DNA of 64,000 bases from a virus. Lineage: Duplodnaviria > Heunggongvirae > Uroviricota > Caudoviricetes. The stretch lies in the IMG/VR virus record IMGVR_UViG_3300050821_002507, one strand, 5' to 3'. The translations under genes and the position numbers were made by a program. Below are positions 1-9,113 of the stretch, in pieces. How positions within the stretch are numbered: position 1 is the stretch's first letter; the number at the start of each line of letters is the position of its first letter. The notes under the pieces are model-generated. The model searched no databases, was not told the origin of the DNA, and was given only the letters and a program-made list of their open reading frames with translations.

Positions 1-909
1 GAGAAAAAGAGAGTTATCGCTCGCGAGCGCGTCCTCGAATGGGTGGAACCGATTGAAGCCGGAATGGACGCAGTTGGGGGGCTGGAAAACCTCAAACAAT
101 GGCTATTGGTGCGCGGCACAGCATACAGCGCCAAAGCACGCGCCTACGGACTTCCGTCCCCGCGCGGGATTCTCTTGGGTGGCATTTCTGGCTGTGGCAA
201 ATCATTGACTCCGAAGGCGCTTGCAAAGGCCTGGAAATGCCCGCTATTGCGCCTCGATATGGGCGCTCTAAAATCCAAATTTGTTGGCGAATCGGAAACC
301 AATTTAAGGAAGGCGCTAAAGGTTGCCGAGGCCACGGGGAAATGTATATTGTGGATAGATGAAATTGAAAAAGCCTTGCAGGGAGCCACTTCCGGCGCAT
401 CTGATGGTGGCGTTTCGTCGGATGCTTTGGGCGCCTTGCTCTCGTGGATGCAAGAGCGCACAAGCGAGACATTTATCGTTGCTACGGCTAATGATGTCTC
501 AATTTTGCCCCCCGAGCTTTTACGCCGCTTCGATAAAACTTGGTGGATCGACTTGCCAACTCTTGTCGAGCGGACTGACATTCTCGCGGCTGCGTTGCGC
601 GTCCACAAGCGCGGCGATGTCCTCGAATACAGCGATTGGTCAAAGGTCGCCGCCGCTTGCCCAGGCTTCACGGGCGTAGAGGTTGCCGATCTTGTGCCGG
701 CCGCACTATTCGCGGCATTCTCAGAGGATGGCAGGGAAATCGAGACTGCGGACCTTTTGGAAGCAATAAAGTTCGTTTCGCCTTTGAGTGTGACTGCCAA
801 GGAGAAAATCGAGTCCCTCCGTCAATGGGGACGGACACGCGCTCAACCGGCCAGTGCCGTGGCTCAGGTCGAAACCGTCTCAATCGGTGGGCGGGCGCTA
901 GATTTCTAG
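1..909 (+). CDS. Classical AAA-family ATPase, C-terminal part; the reading frame is open from nt 1, so the gene is 5'-truncated by the window edge
   Basis: Walker A GGISGCGKS, Walker B ILWIDEIEKA and an SRH-like region ATANDVSILPPELLRRFD. The frame 1-42 has no stop codon. Confidence 0.75.
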   Translation, partial: EKKRVIARERVLEWVEPIEAGMDAVGGLENLKQWLLVRGTAYSAKARAYGLPSPRGILLGGISGCGKSLTPKALAKAWKCPLLRLDMGALKSKFVGESETNLRKALKVAEATGKCILWIDEIEKALQGATSGASDGGVSSDALGALLSWMQERTSETFIVATANDVSILPPELLRRFDKTWWIDLPTLVERTDILAAALRVHKRGDVLEYSDWSKVAAACPGFTGVEVADLVPAALFAAFSEDGREIETADLLEAIKFVSPLSVTAKEKIESLRQWGRTRAQPASAVAQVETVSIGGRALDF

Positions 910-1015
910 CCCAAAGTGTCACGGAGTGTAACTTTCCGCTTGTGCGCTCCGTGACAATATGCTCTATGTTACAGACTGCGAGTTGAACCCACAACGAATC
1001 AAATAGGAGAATGTC

Positions 1016-1909
1016 ATGGTACTCGAAACGGCTACCCTGCGCCCAGGTTTGCTGGTGAGCCTTAAGACTTCGGTCACTGGCAATGTCTCGTACATCAAGC
1101 GCGACATCGAGACAGACCACGTTACCGAGGACGGCCACCTTGCCGCCAAATGGGAAACGGAACGGACTATCGTTGATCCGGGCGAGCATGAGGCGGCGAT
1201 TAAGGTCCGGTCGAAGGCTCGGGCTCTCGTGACCGGATCGTGCGTCGCCTCTGCTTTCGGTCTCTTGTGTCCCGAGTCGGGTGCCGGCAATCTCGAATTG
1301 GCGATTGCCGAGGCACGCAGGCTTACGGATGCGTTCAATGCCGAGGCACGGCTAACCCGCGTGTCGGTCTATGTCATTGCCGGCAGGGTCGCGGCGAACG
1401 ATGGCGAGGCCACCAAGGCGATCAACTCCGAGGTCCGCGATCTCTTGGAGGACATGAAGCAAGGTATCGCGAATCTTGACGTTGGTGTGATTCGCGCCGC
1501 AGCGAACAAGGCCCGCGCAATCGGTGCCATGCTTGCGCCGGATGCCTCTGAGCGCGTTAAGGTGGCGATTGAAGCTGCCCGGTCGGTAGCTCGCAAGATT
1601 GTCCAGGCCGGCGAGACTGCGGCGCAAGAGGTTGACCACCAAGCGATCCGGGTCATCGCAGAATCGAGGACGGCCTTTCTCGATTTGGATGAGCCGACGA
1701 TCAGCGCGGACGCGGCGGAAGTCCTGGCCGATGAGGCGCGGGCCGTTGACTTTGCGCCGGCAGATGACGACGCGGTTACGCAGGCCAAGTCCGATGAGGG
1801 CGGCGTTGACCTTGTGTTCGATGAATCGGAGGCAAGGACGCAGGCGGAAGCGGCTGCGAAAGCGGCTGATGCGGCGATGTCCACCGTCCCGCAATTCGAG
1901 ATGGAATAG
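1016..1909 (+). CDS. hypothetical protein (Ala-rich, acidic C-terminus)
   Basis: 297-aa ORF with an AGGAG RBS 8 nt upstream. No recognisable motif. Confidence 0.55.
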   Translation: MVLETATLRPGLLVSLKTSVTGNVSYIKRDIETDHVTEDGHLAAKWETERTIVDPGEHEAAIKVRSKARALVTGSCVASAFGLLCPESGAGNLELAIAEARRLTDAFNAEARLTRVSVYVIAGRVAANDGEATKAINSEVRDLLEDMKQGIANLDVGVIRAAANKARAIGAMLAPDASERVKVAIEAARSVARKIVQAGETAAQEVDHQAIRVIAESRTAFLDLDEPTISADAAEVLADEARAVDFAPADDDAVTQAKSDEGGVDLVFDESEARTQAEAAAKAADAAMSTVPQFEME

Positions 1910-1913
1910 TGCC

Positions 1914-2252
1914 ATGCCCTGCGATTCCGCAACGCTGCAAGGCCAAACGCTCACAGAGCGCAAAATCGAGGTACGCGAGGCGGTAGAACGTCTCGCGAAG
2001 GCCCTCGCCAGCGGACGCGCTAGGGCCGTTGTGGGACCGCAAGGTGCCATCACGTTCACGGGCGCGGAGTTCTTGGGAGAATATCGCGTCACAGATAATT
2101 GTGCGTTCCGCCGCGTGATGGCAACGGGGTCGGCGTTGGCGCGGAATGCTATCGCCAAGGCCGAAATGATGGCCGGCCGGTCGGTGGATCGGAAGGTCGT
2201 CGCGGCTGGTGTCCATAGCCACGATGGCGTTACGTGGCACGGGAAGGGGTGA
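1914..2252 (+). CDS. hypothetical protein
   Basis: ATG at 1914 lies 5 nt after the stop of the upstream gene (coupled). It is the C-terminal, protein-like part of the 1599..2252 frame. Confidence 0.45.
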   Translation: MPCDSATLQGQTLTERKIEVREAVERLAKALASGRARAVVGPQGAITFTGAEFLGEYRVTDNCAFRRVMATGSALARNAIAKAEMMAGRSVDRKVVAAGVHSHDGVTWHGKG

Positions 2253-2257
2253 CGGAC

Positions 2258-2449
2258 ATGAGAATAAGCCATCGCGAATATCAATCGCTTTCGCCGCGCG
2301 AGCAGCAAGATTACATTAACTCGATAATCCGTCCCTTCAAGCGGCGTGAAATGATGATCGACCATATCGACGGCGATCCGCGCAACAATGACCCGGCCAA
2401 TCTGCGTTTGGTTACGCTGACTGAATCATTTGGCACGAAGACTCGTTAG
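2258..2449 (+). CDS. small HNH endonuclease
   Basis: HNH motif IDHIDGDPRNNDPANLRLVT. GGAAGGGG RBS before the ATG at 2258. An alternative start is at 2234. Confidence 0.6.
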   Translation: MRISHREYQSLSPREQQDYINSIIRPFKRREMMIDHIDGDPRNNDPANLRLVTLTESFGTKTR

Positions 2450-2499
2450 TGACTAACTCAGCCGGCCGCGCAAATGCGGCCACAACATGCGAGGACAAC

Positions 2500-2790
2500 A
2501 TGACTGCGCATACAGATCCGCTCAAGCTCGAAAACCTGATTTCATGGCTAGAGACAATGCCGCCAGATGAGGAATACAGTTTTTCCAGCCGGGATAACTG
2601 TCTCCTGGCACAATTCCTCAAGTCATGCGGATGTGAAGAGATATGGGTCGGCGGGTTCACCTTTGATTACGATGACAACAAAGGCGTGCGGATACCCGCC
2701 ACCCATAGCGACATCGCAAGCGAAGGTGAGTACACATTCGGGGCCGCTACGCTGCGGGCTCGTGAGGCTTTCGCTGGCGCCGCGCCCTAA
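2500..2790 (+). CDS. hypothetical protein
   Basis: ORF with a GAGGA RBS before the ATG at 2500. The longer version starts at 2449. Confidence 0.45.
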   Translation: MTAHTDPLKLENLISWLETMPPDEEYSFSSRDNCLLAQFLKSCGCEEIWVGGFTFDYDDNKGVRIPATHSDIASEGEYTFGAATLRAREAFAGAAP

Positions 2791-3074
2791 GCAGCGAGCT
2801 TCACCGCACAAGTACCGCACGCCTGAGAGATAGCCAGCCGGCCGATCTCAGGCGTGCGCGTTCCTGCTTCCACCATAGCGGCGACACGCGGGTCAAACGC
2901 ACCATACCGACGCACAATGGATACAAACTCCGTGACATCGTGGCCTTTCAGGGCGTATTGTGGCGATCCGTCTTTGAGATATTTCGGCTCGCCGTCGCTG
3001 TCCAGTGCCACGGAACAATGCAAAAGCTCGACTGCCACATTTAACCTGCGAGGACACCATGAACCGGAAAGCAA
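2787..3074 (-). CDS. hypothetical protein (uncertain, opposite strand to its neighbours)
   Basis: 95-aa ORF filling an otherwise non-coding 270-bp gap. No motif. Confidence 0.25.
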   Translation of the reverse strand: MLSGSWCPRRLNVAVELLHCSVALDSDGEPKYLKDGSPQYALKGHDVTEFVSIVRRYGAFDPRVAAMVEAGTRTPEIGRLAISQACGTCAVKLAA

Positions 3075-3298
3075 CCTACGCCGACGACCGCAAGAAGCGC
3101 GTGATCTCCGTCCACAATGGCCGGTGGGTGGCGCAGAAATTCACCGCCGGCCCGCGCGACGGGAAGGGCTCTAACCGCGTCAGAGGCAACAAGAACGCCC
3201 AGGATCACGTTGATCCGTGGGAGAACATCGCGCCCGTGACCGACGACCGTGCTCGGGCGCTGGCGTCCATCAGTGACAACACGCAGGCGAGGGTGTGA
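3059..3298 (+). CDS. hypothetical protein
   Basis: ATG at 3059 preceded by GAGGA. Basic 79-aa product. Confidence 0.45.
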   Translation: MNRKATYADDRKKRVISVHNGRWVAQKFTAGPRDGKGSNRVRGNKNAQDHVDPWENIAPVTDDRARALASISDNTQARV

Positions 3299-3588
3299 TG
3301 ATAGACTTCACAAGACCCGGACGGATGATTTCGGGATCCAAGACGTGCCCAAAAGGACATGTATGCGTATTCAACGCGAACATCTGTTCAAAATCGCGTG
3401 GCAAGTTTTGGTTTGGCGACATTGACATTACGGCCGATGCCGCCGATCTAAGGGCACTTGCAGCCAAGGAAGGTGAGGAAATCTATATCCTTCGCGAGAT
3501 GGACGGGCGCTTCACAAACGAAGAAAAACCTCTACTCCACAAGTCGGTGGCTCGCGTTCACCCTGACGGAACGATAACGATTGGTTAG
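3295..3588 (+). CDS. hypothetical protein
   Basis: Start overlaps the previous stop (GTGTGATG). 97-aa product. Confidence 0.45.
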   Translation: MMIDFTRPGRMISGSKTCPKGHVCVFNANICSKSRGKFWFGDIDITADAADLRALAAKEGEEIYILREMDGRFTNEEKPLLHKSVARVHPDGTITIG

Positions 3589-3632
3589 CATCTGGTGCTC
3601 CGTGTCCTCGCAGGCGTAGAGCACCGATGGTC

Positions 3633-3678
3633 GGGCCGGGCAAACGTGGGGAAAGCGTAGCCCGGCCCTTTCCGTTTG
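3633..3678 (+). terminator. rho-independent terminator
   Basis: GGGCCGGGC...GCCCGGCCC stem followed by TTTCCGTTT, directly after the 3295..3588 gene. Confidence 0.6.
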
Positions 3679-3779
3679 ATTCGCCATAAAGTGCTTGACG
3701 GCAGACAATAAATAGCGCAATACCTCCCAAACGGGAGGCTATCGTGATTCCTGTGGATAACTACTCGGTCGTGGCCTAA

Positions 3780-5288
3780 GTGCCGGCCCTCTCCATCGAC
3801 CATGAAATGGCCCTATACGAGGCTGCGGCGGTCGAAAACGCCCTCTTTGACGGGTATCCGCCCCCCGGCGATCTGGTCATAGGAACCCATGACAAGGGCG
3901 CTATGCGGGTCGCCGCTGTCCGTGTGGGTGTGAATGAACAGTCCCTCAGACGCAGAATCGGCACTCCAGAGGCTCCGGGTGCGATAGAGAAGCGATTCGG
4001 TATCTCCGTCGATTGGAGCATGTACCGGCCGAAACTCCCTGTAGATGAGACTGAGGAGCTAGAGGCCACGGTCGAGCTATACAAGCGCGAGGGGAGTATT
4101 TTTAAGGCTGCGCTCGCCGCCGGCACCAGCAAAGACACCATACGGATGCGGATCCACAAGGCCGCCGAACGCGGCATGTTGGGGACTGAGCCTGTACTGC
4201 CTGGGTTTCGAATCAAAGAGGCATCCCGGCAGATCGGACCTGACGGCGAGCTACAAAAGGAATGGATACGGCAGGCCAAGGAGCATGGTGAACCATTCAC
4301 GTTGCCGGATGGTCATATCATAAAAGGCATCTCCGCGCTCACAGACGAAGACGGCCGACTCATTCAGCAGTGGGTGAAGACGAAGACTGATACGGTAACG
4401 GCTGATTTGGTCGCGGCGCTCAAGGAGACATTCAAGGAGTACAGCGGCAAGGCTCCGTTGATTCGCGCGCCAAGGAATAGCGACGAATCACTTCTCAGCG
4501 TTTATCCCATAGCAGACCAACATATCGGACTCTTGGCCTGGGGCAAGGAGACCGGGGACGGCGATTACGACCTGAAGATTGGTGTCGAGCGACTCCGCTC
4601 ATGTGCGACTCGTCTTGTCAGTCAAAGCCCTCCAAGCAAGCACGCAATCATATTGAACCTTGGGGATTTCCAGCATACAGACGATTCGAAGAATATGACA
4701 CCCGGTCATGGAAACATTCTGGACGTGGATAGTCGGTATTTCAAGCTACTCCAAGCCGGCGTTCAGCTAATGATGGACGTAATAGAACTCGCGTTGCAAA
4801 AACACGACACAGTGCTTGTTAGGAACATTCCAGGCAACCACGATCCACACGCTTCAATCGCTTTAACCGTAGCTCTTGGTGCATTCTATTCGAGACACCT
4901 CCGAGTCGTCATTGACGACGACCCCGGAGATTTCTTTTTCCATCGTTTCGGTGCAACTTTGATTGGAGCTACACACGGACACAAGTGCAAACCTGATAAG
5001 ATGGCTATGGCTATGGCCGTTCGGTGTCGAGAGGACTGGGGCGCGACTAAGTACCATTATTTTATGCACGGCCACTTTCACCACGAGGCGACTAAAGAGG
5101 TTGGAGACGTGCGCGTGGAGGGATTCCAGACACTCGCAGCCAATGACGCCTATTCAGCCTCACATGGGTACAGTTCCGGCAAGTCTCTAAACAGCATTAC
5201 GATCCACTTCGATGACGGAGAGATAGGACGGCACCGAATCAACTTTCCTCCCTCTCTGCGTAAAGCTACAAAATTTGAGGGCGCATAA
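3780..5288 (+). CDS. N-terminal HTH-like region fused to a calcineurin-like metallophosphoesterase
   Basis: Phosphoesterase motifs in order: ADQHIG (D-x-H), GDFQH, GNHDPH, GATHGH, HGHFHH. N-terminal 200 aa carry two HTH-like segments. GTG start at 3780; alternative ATG at 3807. Confidence 0.65.
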   Translation: MPALSIDHEMALYEAAAVENALFDGYPPPGDLVIGTHDKGAMRVAAVRVGVNEQSLRRRIGTPEAPGAIEKRFGISVDWSMYRPKLPVDETEELEATVELYKREGSIFKAALAAGTSKDTIRMRIHKAAERGMLGTEPVLPGFRIKEASRQIGPDGELQKEWIRQAKEHGEPFTLPDGHIIKGISALTDEDGRLIQQWVKTKTDTVTADLVAALKETFKEYSGKAPLIRAPRNSDESLLSVYPIADQHIGLLAWGKETGDGDYDLKIGVERLRSCATRLVSQSPPSKHAIILNLGDFQHTDDSKNMTPGHGNILDVDSRYFKLLQAGVQLMMDVIELALQKHDTVLVRNIPGNHDPHASIALTVALGAFYSRHLRVVIDDDPGDFFFHRFGATLIGATHGHKCKPDKMAMAMAVRCREDWGATKYHYFMHGHFHHEATKEVGDVRVEGFQTLAANDAYSASHGYSSGKSLNSITIHFDDGEIGRHRINFPPSLRKATKFEGA

Positions 5289-5636
5289 ATGAAATTACTA
5301 TTCGTTGGCGAATCGCGGTCACCAACCGCAAAAAGAATGGGCGTCACATGGAAAGATGGCCGCCTTGCTGCTAAGCCATTATTCGAGGCATTAGAGTTTA
5401 TTGGCATAGACCCAGCGCAACATAAGTTTGTGAACTGGTTTGAAGGTGGAAAGCAGGCGGTACGAAGTTTTCGCGATGGTTCGATTGTGGCGATGGGAAA
5501 GAAAGTACAGAGAGCGCTTGATGCCGAAGGTATCCAATACATTGGGATTGTCCATCCTGCTGCTCGTGGAAAAATTAGAAAGAGAGAGACCTATATCTCA
5601 CACGTTTACGCTGCTTTGAGCGAGTTGAAACTTTGA
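5289..5636 (+). CDS. hypothetical protein (weak family-4 UDG-like pattern FVGE...FVN...HPA, not asserted)
   Basis: ATG immediately after the upstream TAA stop. Lower GC than its surroundings. Confidence 0.45.
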   Translation: MKLLFVGESRSPTAKRMGVTWKDGRLAAKPLFEALEFIGIDPAQHKFVNWFEGGKQAVRSFRDGSIVAMGKKVQRALDAEGIQYIGIVHPAARGKIRKRETYISHVYAALSELKL

Positions 5637-6061
5637 CGACCGTTACATTCAGGGCCGGGGTGCTCGCGAGCGACTCCAACTGCTCGGCTGGCGGCTTGCG
5701 CGTCTATCGCGTACGGAAGATATTCCGCCTAGAGGATGGGTCGCTCGCGGGTTTCGCCGGGGATTTGGCCGAGGGCATGAAAATGATAGACTGGCTGGAT
5801 GACGGCGCCGAGCCTGAATCGCGCCCAGGAATTCAGAACGTTCACGGCCTTGTGGTGAGACCTAGCGGGAGAATCACGCTATACGAGGGCGGCGTGCCGA
5901 TTAACCCGAGAGCGCCGAAGTACATAGCGATCGGCACCGGCCAGGGCGTGGCGATGGGGGCGATGTTCAGCGGGGCGAGCGCGATTGAGGCAGTGCGGGC
6001 GGCGATAGAGCACGATGATTGCTCGCGAGGCCCGGTGATCTCGATGAGGTTGAAACGATGA
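5633..6061 (+). CDS. HslV-like / proteasome beta-type Ntn-hydrolase peptidase
   Basis: Begins MTT (Thr nucleophile after Met removal). LAGFAG and IAIGTGQGVAMGAMFSGASA align with HslV IAGFAG and AIGSGGPYALAAA. TTG start overlapping the previous TGA stop. Confidence 0.55.
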   Translation: MTTVTFRAGVLASDSNCSAGGLRVYRVRKIFRLEDGSLAGFAGDLAEGMKMIDWLDDGAEPESRPGIQNVHGLVVRPSGRITLYEGGVPINPRAPKYIAIGTGQGVAMGAMFSGASAIEAVRAAIEHDDCSRGPVISMRLKR

Positions 6062-6183
6062 CATGGGAAGAATTTAAGGATTCCGTTGAAAAATACCTAG
6101 CTGAAAAATGCATCAATGGTTCAATTAAGGTGGATTATATTAAAATTGAACCAAACCGTGATCTAAATTTCTATCAAGCGTGA
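6058..6183 (+). CDS. small ORF (41 aa) in an AT-rich island
   Basis: ATGA overlap with the HslV-like gene stop. Product MTWEEFKDSVEKYLAEKCINGSIKVDYIKIEPNRDLNFYQA. Local GC is much lower than the flanks. Confidence 0.3.
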   Translation: MTWEEFKDSVEKYLAEKCINGSIKVDYIKIEPNRDLNFYQA

Positions 6184-6282
6184 GATTGCAAAAGGAGGAC
6201 ACGGCGTCAACAGAGCGCTCGCTAAAAAACATGGCGTAACTGATGCATTGATTTCATCTATAAAGCATGGGAGGGCATGGAC

Positions 6283-6654
6283 ATGCGTATCTATCTAGCC
6301 GGTGCGATGAGAAATATCCCCTTTTTCAATTTTCCTGCCTTTCACGCGGCAGCAGCGAAGTTGCGCGCCGAGGGGCACGAAGTATTCAGCCCAGCCGAGC
6401 GCGATATAGAACGTCATGGCGGAGTTGATATATCTGCCGGAAACGTAACCGGCGACGAACGAGAGTCCGCTGAGAAACATGGTTTCGATCTTCGGGTGGC
6501 ATTGGGAGAAGATTTGGCGTGGATCTGCGCCCATGCAGAGGCCATAGCTCTCCTGCCGGGATGGACGAGAAGTCGAGGAGCTACTGCCGAACATGCGACG
6601 GCGCTAGCTCTTGGGTTGAAGGTAATTCAGTTGGAGTTTAGCGAGCATGACTGA
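6283..6654 (+). CDS. DUF4406 family protein (nucleoside 2-deoxyribosyltransferase-like fold)
   Basis: IYLAGAMRNIPFFNFPAFHAAAAKLRAEGHEVFSPAE...LLPGWTRSRGATAEH matches the DUF4406 consensus IYISGPMTG..YNFPAF..AA..LR..GH.V.NPAE...LLPGWE.SRGA..EH. GGGAGGG RBS upstream. Confidence 0.75.
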   Translation: MRIYLAGAMRNIPFFNFPAFHAAAAKLRAEGHEVFSPAERDIERHGGVDISAGNVTGDERESAEKHGFDLRVALGEDLAWICAHAEAIALLPGWTRSRGATAEHATALALGLKVIQLEFSEHD

Positions 6655-7159
6655 TACGAAGCCGTCGAATCCGAAAGACGCCTATGGGATCGCCAAGGTC
6701 TCTCTGTCTTATGTCCCCTCAGGTGTCCTTATGGAGGTCGCCCTTGGGATGATGGAGGGAGGCTATAAATACGGGCGGCACAACTACAGGGTTATCGGCG
6801 TGCGCGGCAGTGTCTATTACGACGCCACGATTCGCCACCTCATGGCATGGTGGGAGGGGGAGGATCTTGACCCAAACAGCGGGGCCGGTCTTCACCATAT
6901 CAGCAAGGCGATTGCGTCACTGACGGTTCTACGGGACGCCATGATGTCCGATAAATTTGTGGACGACCGCCCCCCAGTAACCCTAAAGGCTGGCTGGATC
7001 GAGGGGATGGCACACACCGTCAGGCAGTTGCAGGCGACGTTCCCCAATCCGATCGAGCCCTACTTACAGGTTAAGGACTCACCGGATAAGCCGACCCAAG
7101 CCGCATCTGAGGTCTCCGGGTCGCCATCGGTCGCGGCCAGTGGTCCGGTAGCCTCGTGA
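6647..7159 (+). CDS. DUF5664-like protein (dATP/dGTP diphosphohydrolase N-terminal-like domain)
   Basis: NPKDAYGIAKVSLSYVP...EGGYKYGRHNYR resembles the phage NPKDA.G..K.P..L.P...GA.KYG..NWR pattern. Low-complexity C-terminal tail. Confidence 0.45.
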   Translation: MTDTKPSNPKDAYGIAKVSLSYVPSGVLMEVALGMMEGGYKYGRHNYRVIGVRGSVYYDATIRHLMAWWEGEDLDPNSGAGLHHISKAIASLTVLRDAMMSDKFVDDRPPVTLKAGWIEGMAHTVRQLQATFPNPIEPYLQVKDSPDKPTQAASEVSGSPSVAASGPVAS

Positions 7160-7841
7160 GGGGCCTCGTAATCAGATCGCTAAGCACCCTCCGGGGCGCG
7201 TCGGTGCGGTTCCACGGCTCCGGGGCTACTTCGGGTGCCGTCGCGTCAAAGGCCTCCAGTGAGCCTCTAAGGGCCATACAGAGGCGTCCTAGACCGTCGT
7301 GCCAACCCACGTAGTTCGCACGCTGCCGGGCAAGCTCTATGACCGATGGGCACCACTTAATGGGGCAATATGCTCCCGTAGAGTATAAATCCCTGCCACG
7401 GCATTCACCGACGATGGCTGCGGCGCCGGATGGACCCCTCGCCGGCTGGACTCGTGAAGGGAAGGGTTCGTAGTCGCGACCCCAGGCAGGCCGTGTCTTC
7501 ATGATGCCATGGTACCGAATCAAAGCTGACGGTTTTATGGTCTCGGTCAGGAGGACATCATGCGCCATAAAGAGGGCGTCGAACGGCCCCATTATGGCGG
7601 TGTGGTGGGTCTCCCAATCAATCTGGCAGTCATCAAGGGCATCTACGGCGGCCTCGATGGTTTCCGCGTCCTTGTGGGGGATGCCAAAATCGTAGCGCTG
7701 GCCGCCGCCGCCCCTGCCAGTCTGGATGGGACCGAAGCCTAAATTATCCCAGCGCATACCCTCCGCAGATGAGGTGTATCTTTTCTGCAATTCCTCAAAT
7801 GCCCAGCACGATAATTTGTCAACGGGGACACTCTGCTTCAC
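7071..7841 (-). CDS. hypothetical protein
   Basis: 256-aa ORF convergent with and overlapping the 3' end of 6647..7159 by 89 nt. No motif recognised. Confidence 0.45.
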   Translation of the reverse strand: MKQSVPVDKLSCWAFEELQKRYTSSAEGMRWDNLGFGPIQTGRGGGGQRYDFGIPHKDAETIEAAVDALDDCQIDWETHHTAIMGPFDALFMAHDVLLTETIKPSALIRYHGIMKTRPAWGRDYEPFPSRVQPARGPSGAAAIVGECRGRDLYSTGAYCPIKWCPSVIELARQRANYVGWHDGLGRLCMALRGSLEAFDATAPEVAPEPWNRTDAPRRVLSDLITRPLTRLPDHWPRPMATRRPQMRLGSAYPVSP

Positions 7842-8215
7842 GGTGTAAGGGCCATACGAGGCTTATGGTGTTTGCCGTGTTCTGACGCCGTTAACACCTC
7901 AAGATTTTCTTCAGAATTATTAAATTTGTCTCCATCGACATGATGAGCGTGTTCCCACGACTCCAGCAAGCGGCCAATCTTGTTTTCGGCCACCACCCTA
8001 TGCAGGGGGTATAAGCCCTTGGAATTTCTTTTGGGGTGCGGTGGGTCGGTGCGGCAATATTGGTAGCCGCCACCCTTACATATGGAGAGTATCTTGAACA
8101 CTTTTTGGCTCCAATCTAAGGGATTGGTTGCGGAGGGCCGAAATTGCATCGGCCGTCTCGCGGTTATGAGCCGCGCCTGGGGCTTGGTTACCTTCTCCAG
8201 ACACTCCGCCAGCAC
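7838..8215 (-). CDS. HNH homing endonuclease
   Basis: HHVDGDKFNNSEENLEVLTASEH (H-N-H). ATGA overlap with the downstream gene. Confidence 0.7.
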   Translation of the reverse strand: MLAECLEKVTKPQARLITARRPMQFRPSATNPLDWSQKVFKILSICKGGGYQYCRTDPPHPKRNSKGLYPLHRVVAENKIGRLLESWEHAHHVDGDKFNNSEENLEVLTASEHGKHHKPRMALTP

Positions 8216-8324
8216 TAAATGCCACTAAATATGGTATACGTCAAGGCCTTGGCATGGAGGGTAGTGGTACAGTTTGAAAATCAAGCCACTCGCGCCCTAG
8301 GCCGATCGGTGGCATAATTCCACG

Positions 8325-8573
8325 ATGTCAGAAAAGCGCCTTCCCCGCCCGCGCGATCCCGTCCAACTCGGCAAACTGGTTGGTGATATTCTCACTGGCC
8401 AAATCGAAGACCGCGCGCCGGCACCACCAGCCGACCCCAACAAAGACCCAGCCGCTGTCTCCCTCGGTCGGCGGGGCGGCCTCAAGGGCGGCACCGCGCG
8501 GGCCGCCAAGATGACCCCGGAGCGGCGCGCCGAGATAGCCAAGAAGGCCGCCAAGGCCCGTTGGGGCAAATAG
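8325..8573 (+). CDS. small basic protein with a conserved-looking KGG/Lys-rich C-terminal tail
   Basis: 82 aa. C-terminus GRRGGLKGGTARAAKMTPERRAEIAKKAAKARWGK suggests nucleic-acid binding. Confidence 0.45.
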   Translation: MSEKRLPRPRDPVQLGKLVGDILTGQIEDRAPAPPADPNKDPAAVSLGRRGGLKGGTARAAKMTPERRAEIAKKAAKARWGK

Positions 8574-8645
8574 CCCCCGTCTTGGGTATTGGTTACGTCT
8601 TGTCACAAGAAGACCTTGCAATCCAAGATCGGTTAATTTACACCC

Positions 8646-9113
8646 ATGGCAGAGGTAATTGCCATGACCACAAAATCCGCCAAAGACGAGATGCTGTCGG
8701 CGCACGAAGCCATGGCCGCCGTGCTCGATGTCAAGCTCAAGAATGTGCCGGAATGGCAGGCTTTTCGCGCGATTGACCGGGCACTGGTGGCGCTGGGGAC
8801 CGAGCAGTCTGTTGCCCCTGCTTCGCCCGCGCCGCTCCAGCGAATCGAGCGAGTCCGACTCAACGGCGCGCCTGTACCGTACATGACCCTTGTCAGTCAG
8901 GCCCTTACCGAAGCTGGTAAGCCCGTCACCACCAGCAAGCTCATGGAATATATAACGCGGCATCGTCATTTCGACGACCTGGATAAGGGGAAAATCGTGG
9001 TCCAATCGTCCCTGAGCAAGGACAAGCGATTCAAAAGCGTGCCATGGGAAGATGGCCGGGCGTGGTGGTACGCCGACCGGCAGATCCCGAAAAAGGAAAC
9101 GGCGGGAGGCTAG
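8646..9113 (+). CDS. HARE-HTH (winged helix) domain protein
   Basis: YMTLVSQALTEAGKPVTTSKLMEYI...KIVVQSSLSKDKRFKSV matches the HARE-HTH pattern. Confidence 0.55.
   Translation: MAEVIAMTTKSAKDEMLSAHEAMAAVLDVKLKNVPEWQAFRAIDRALVALGTEQSVAPASPAPLQRIERVRLNGAPVPYMTLVSQALTEAGKPVTTSKLMEYITRHRHFDDLDKGKIVVQSSLSKDKRFKSVPWEDGRAWWYADRQIPKKETAGG

Noticed and set aside
1352-2365. 337-aa minus-strand ORF
   Set aside because: It overlaps three collinear, translationally coupled plus-strand genes. It has an Arg-rich junk composition.
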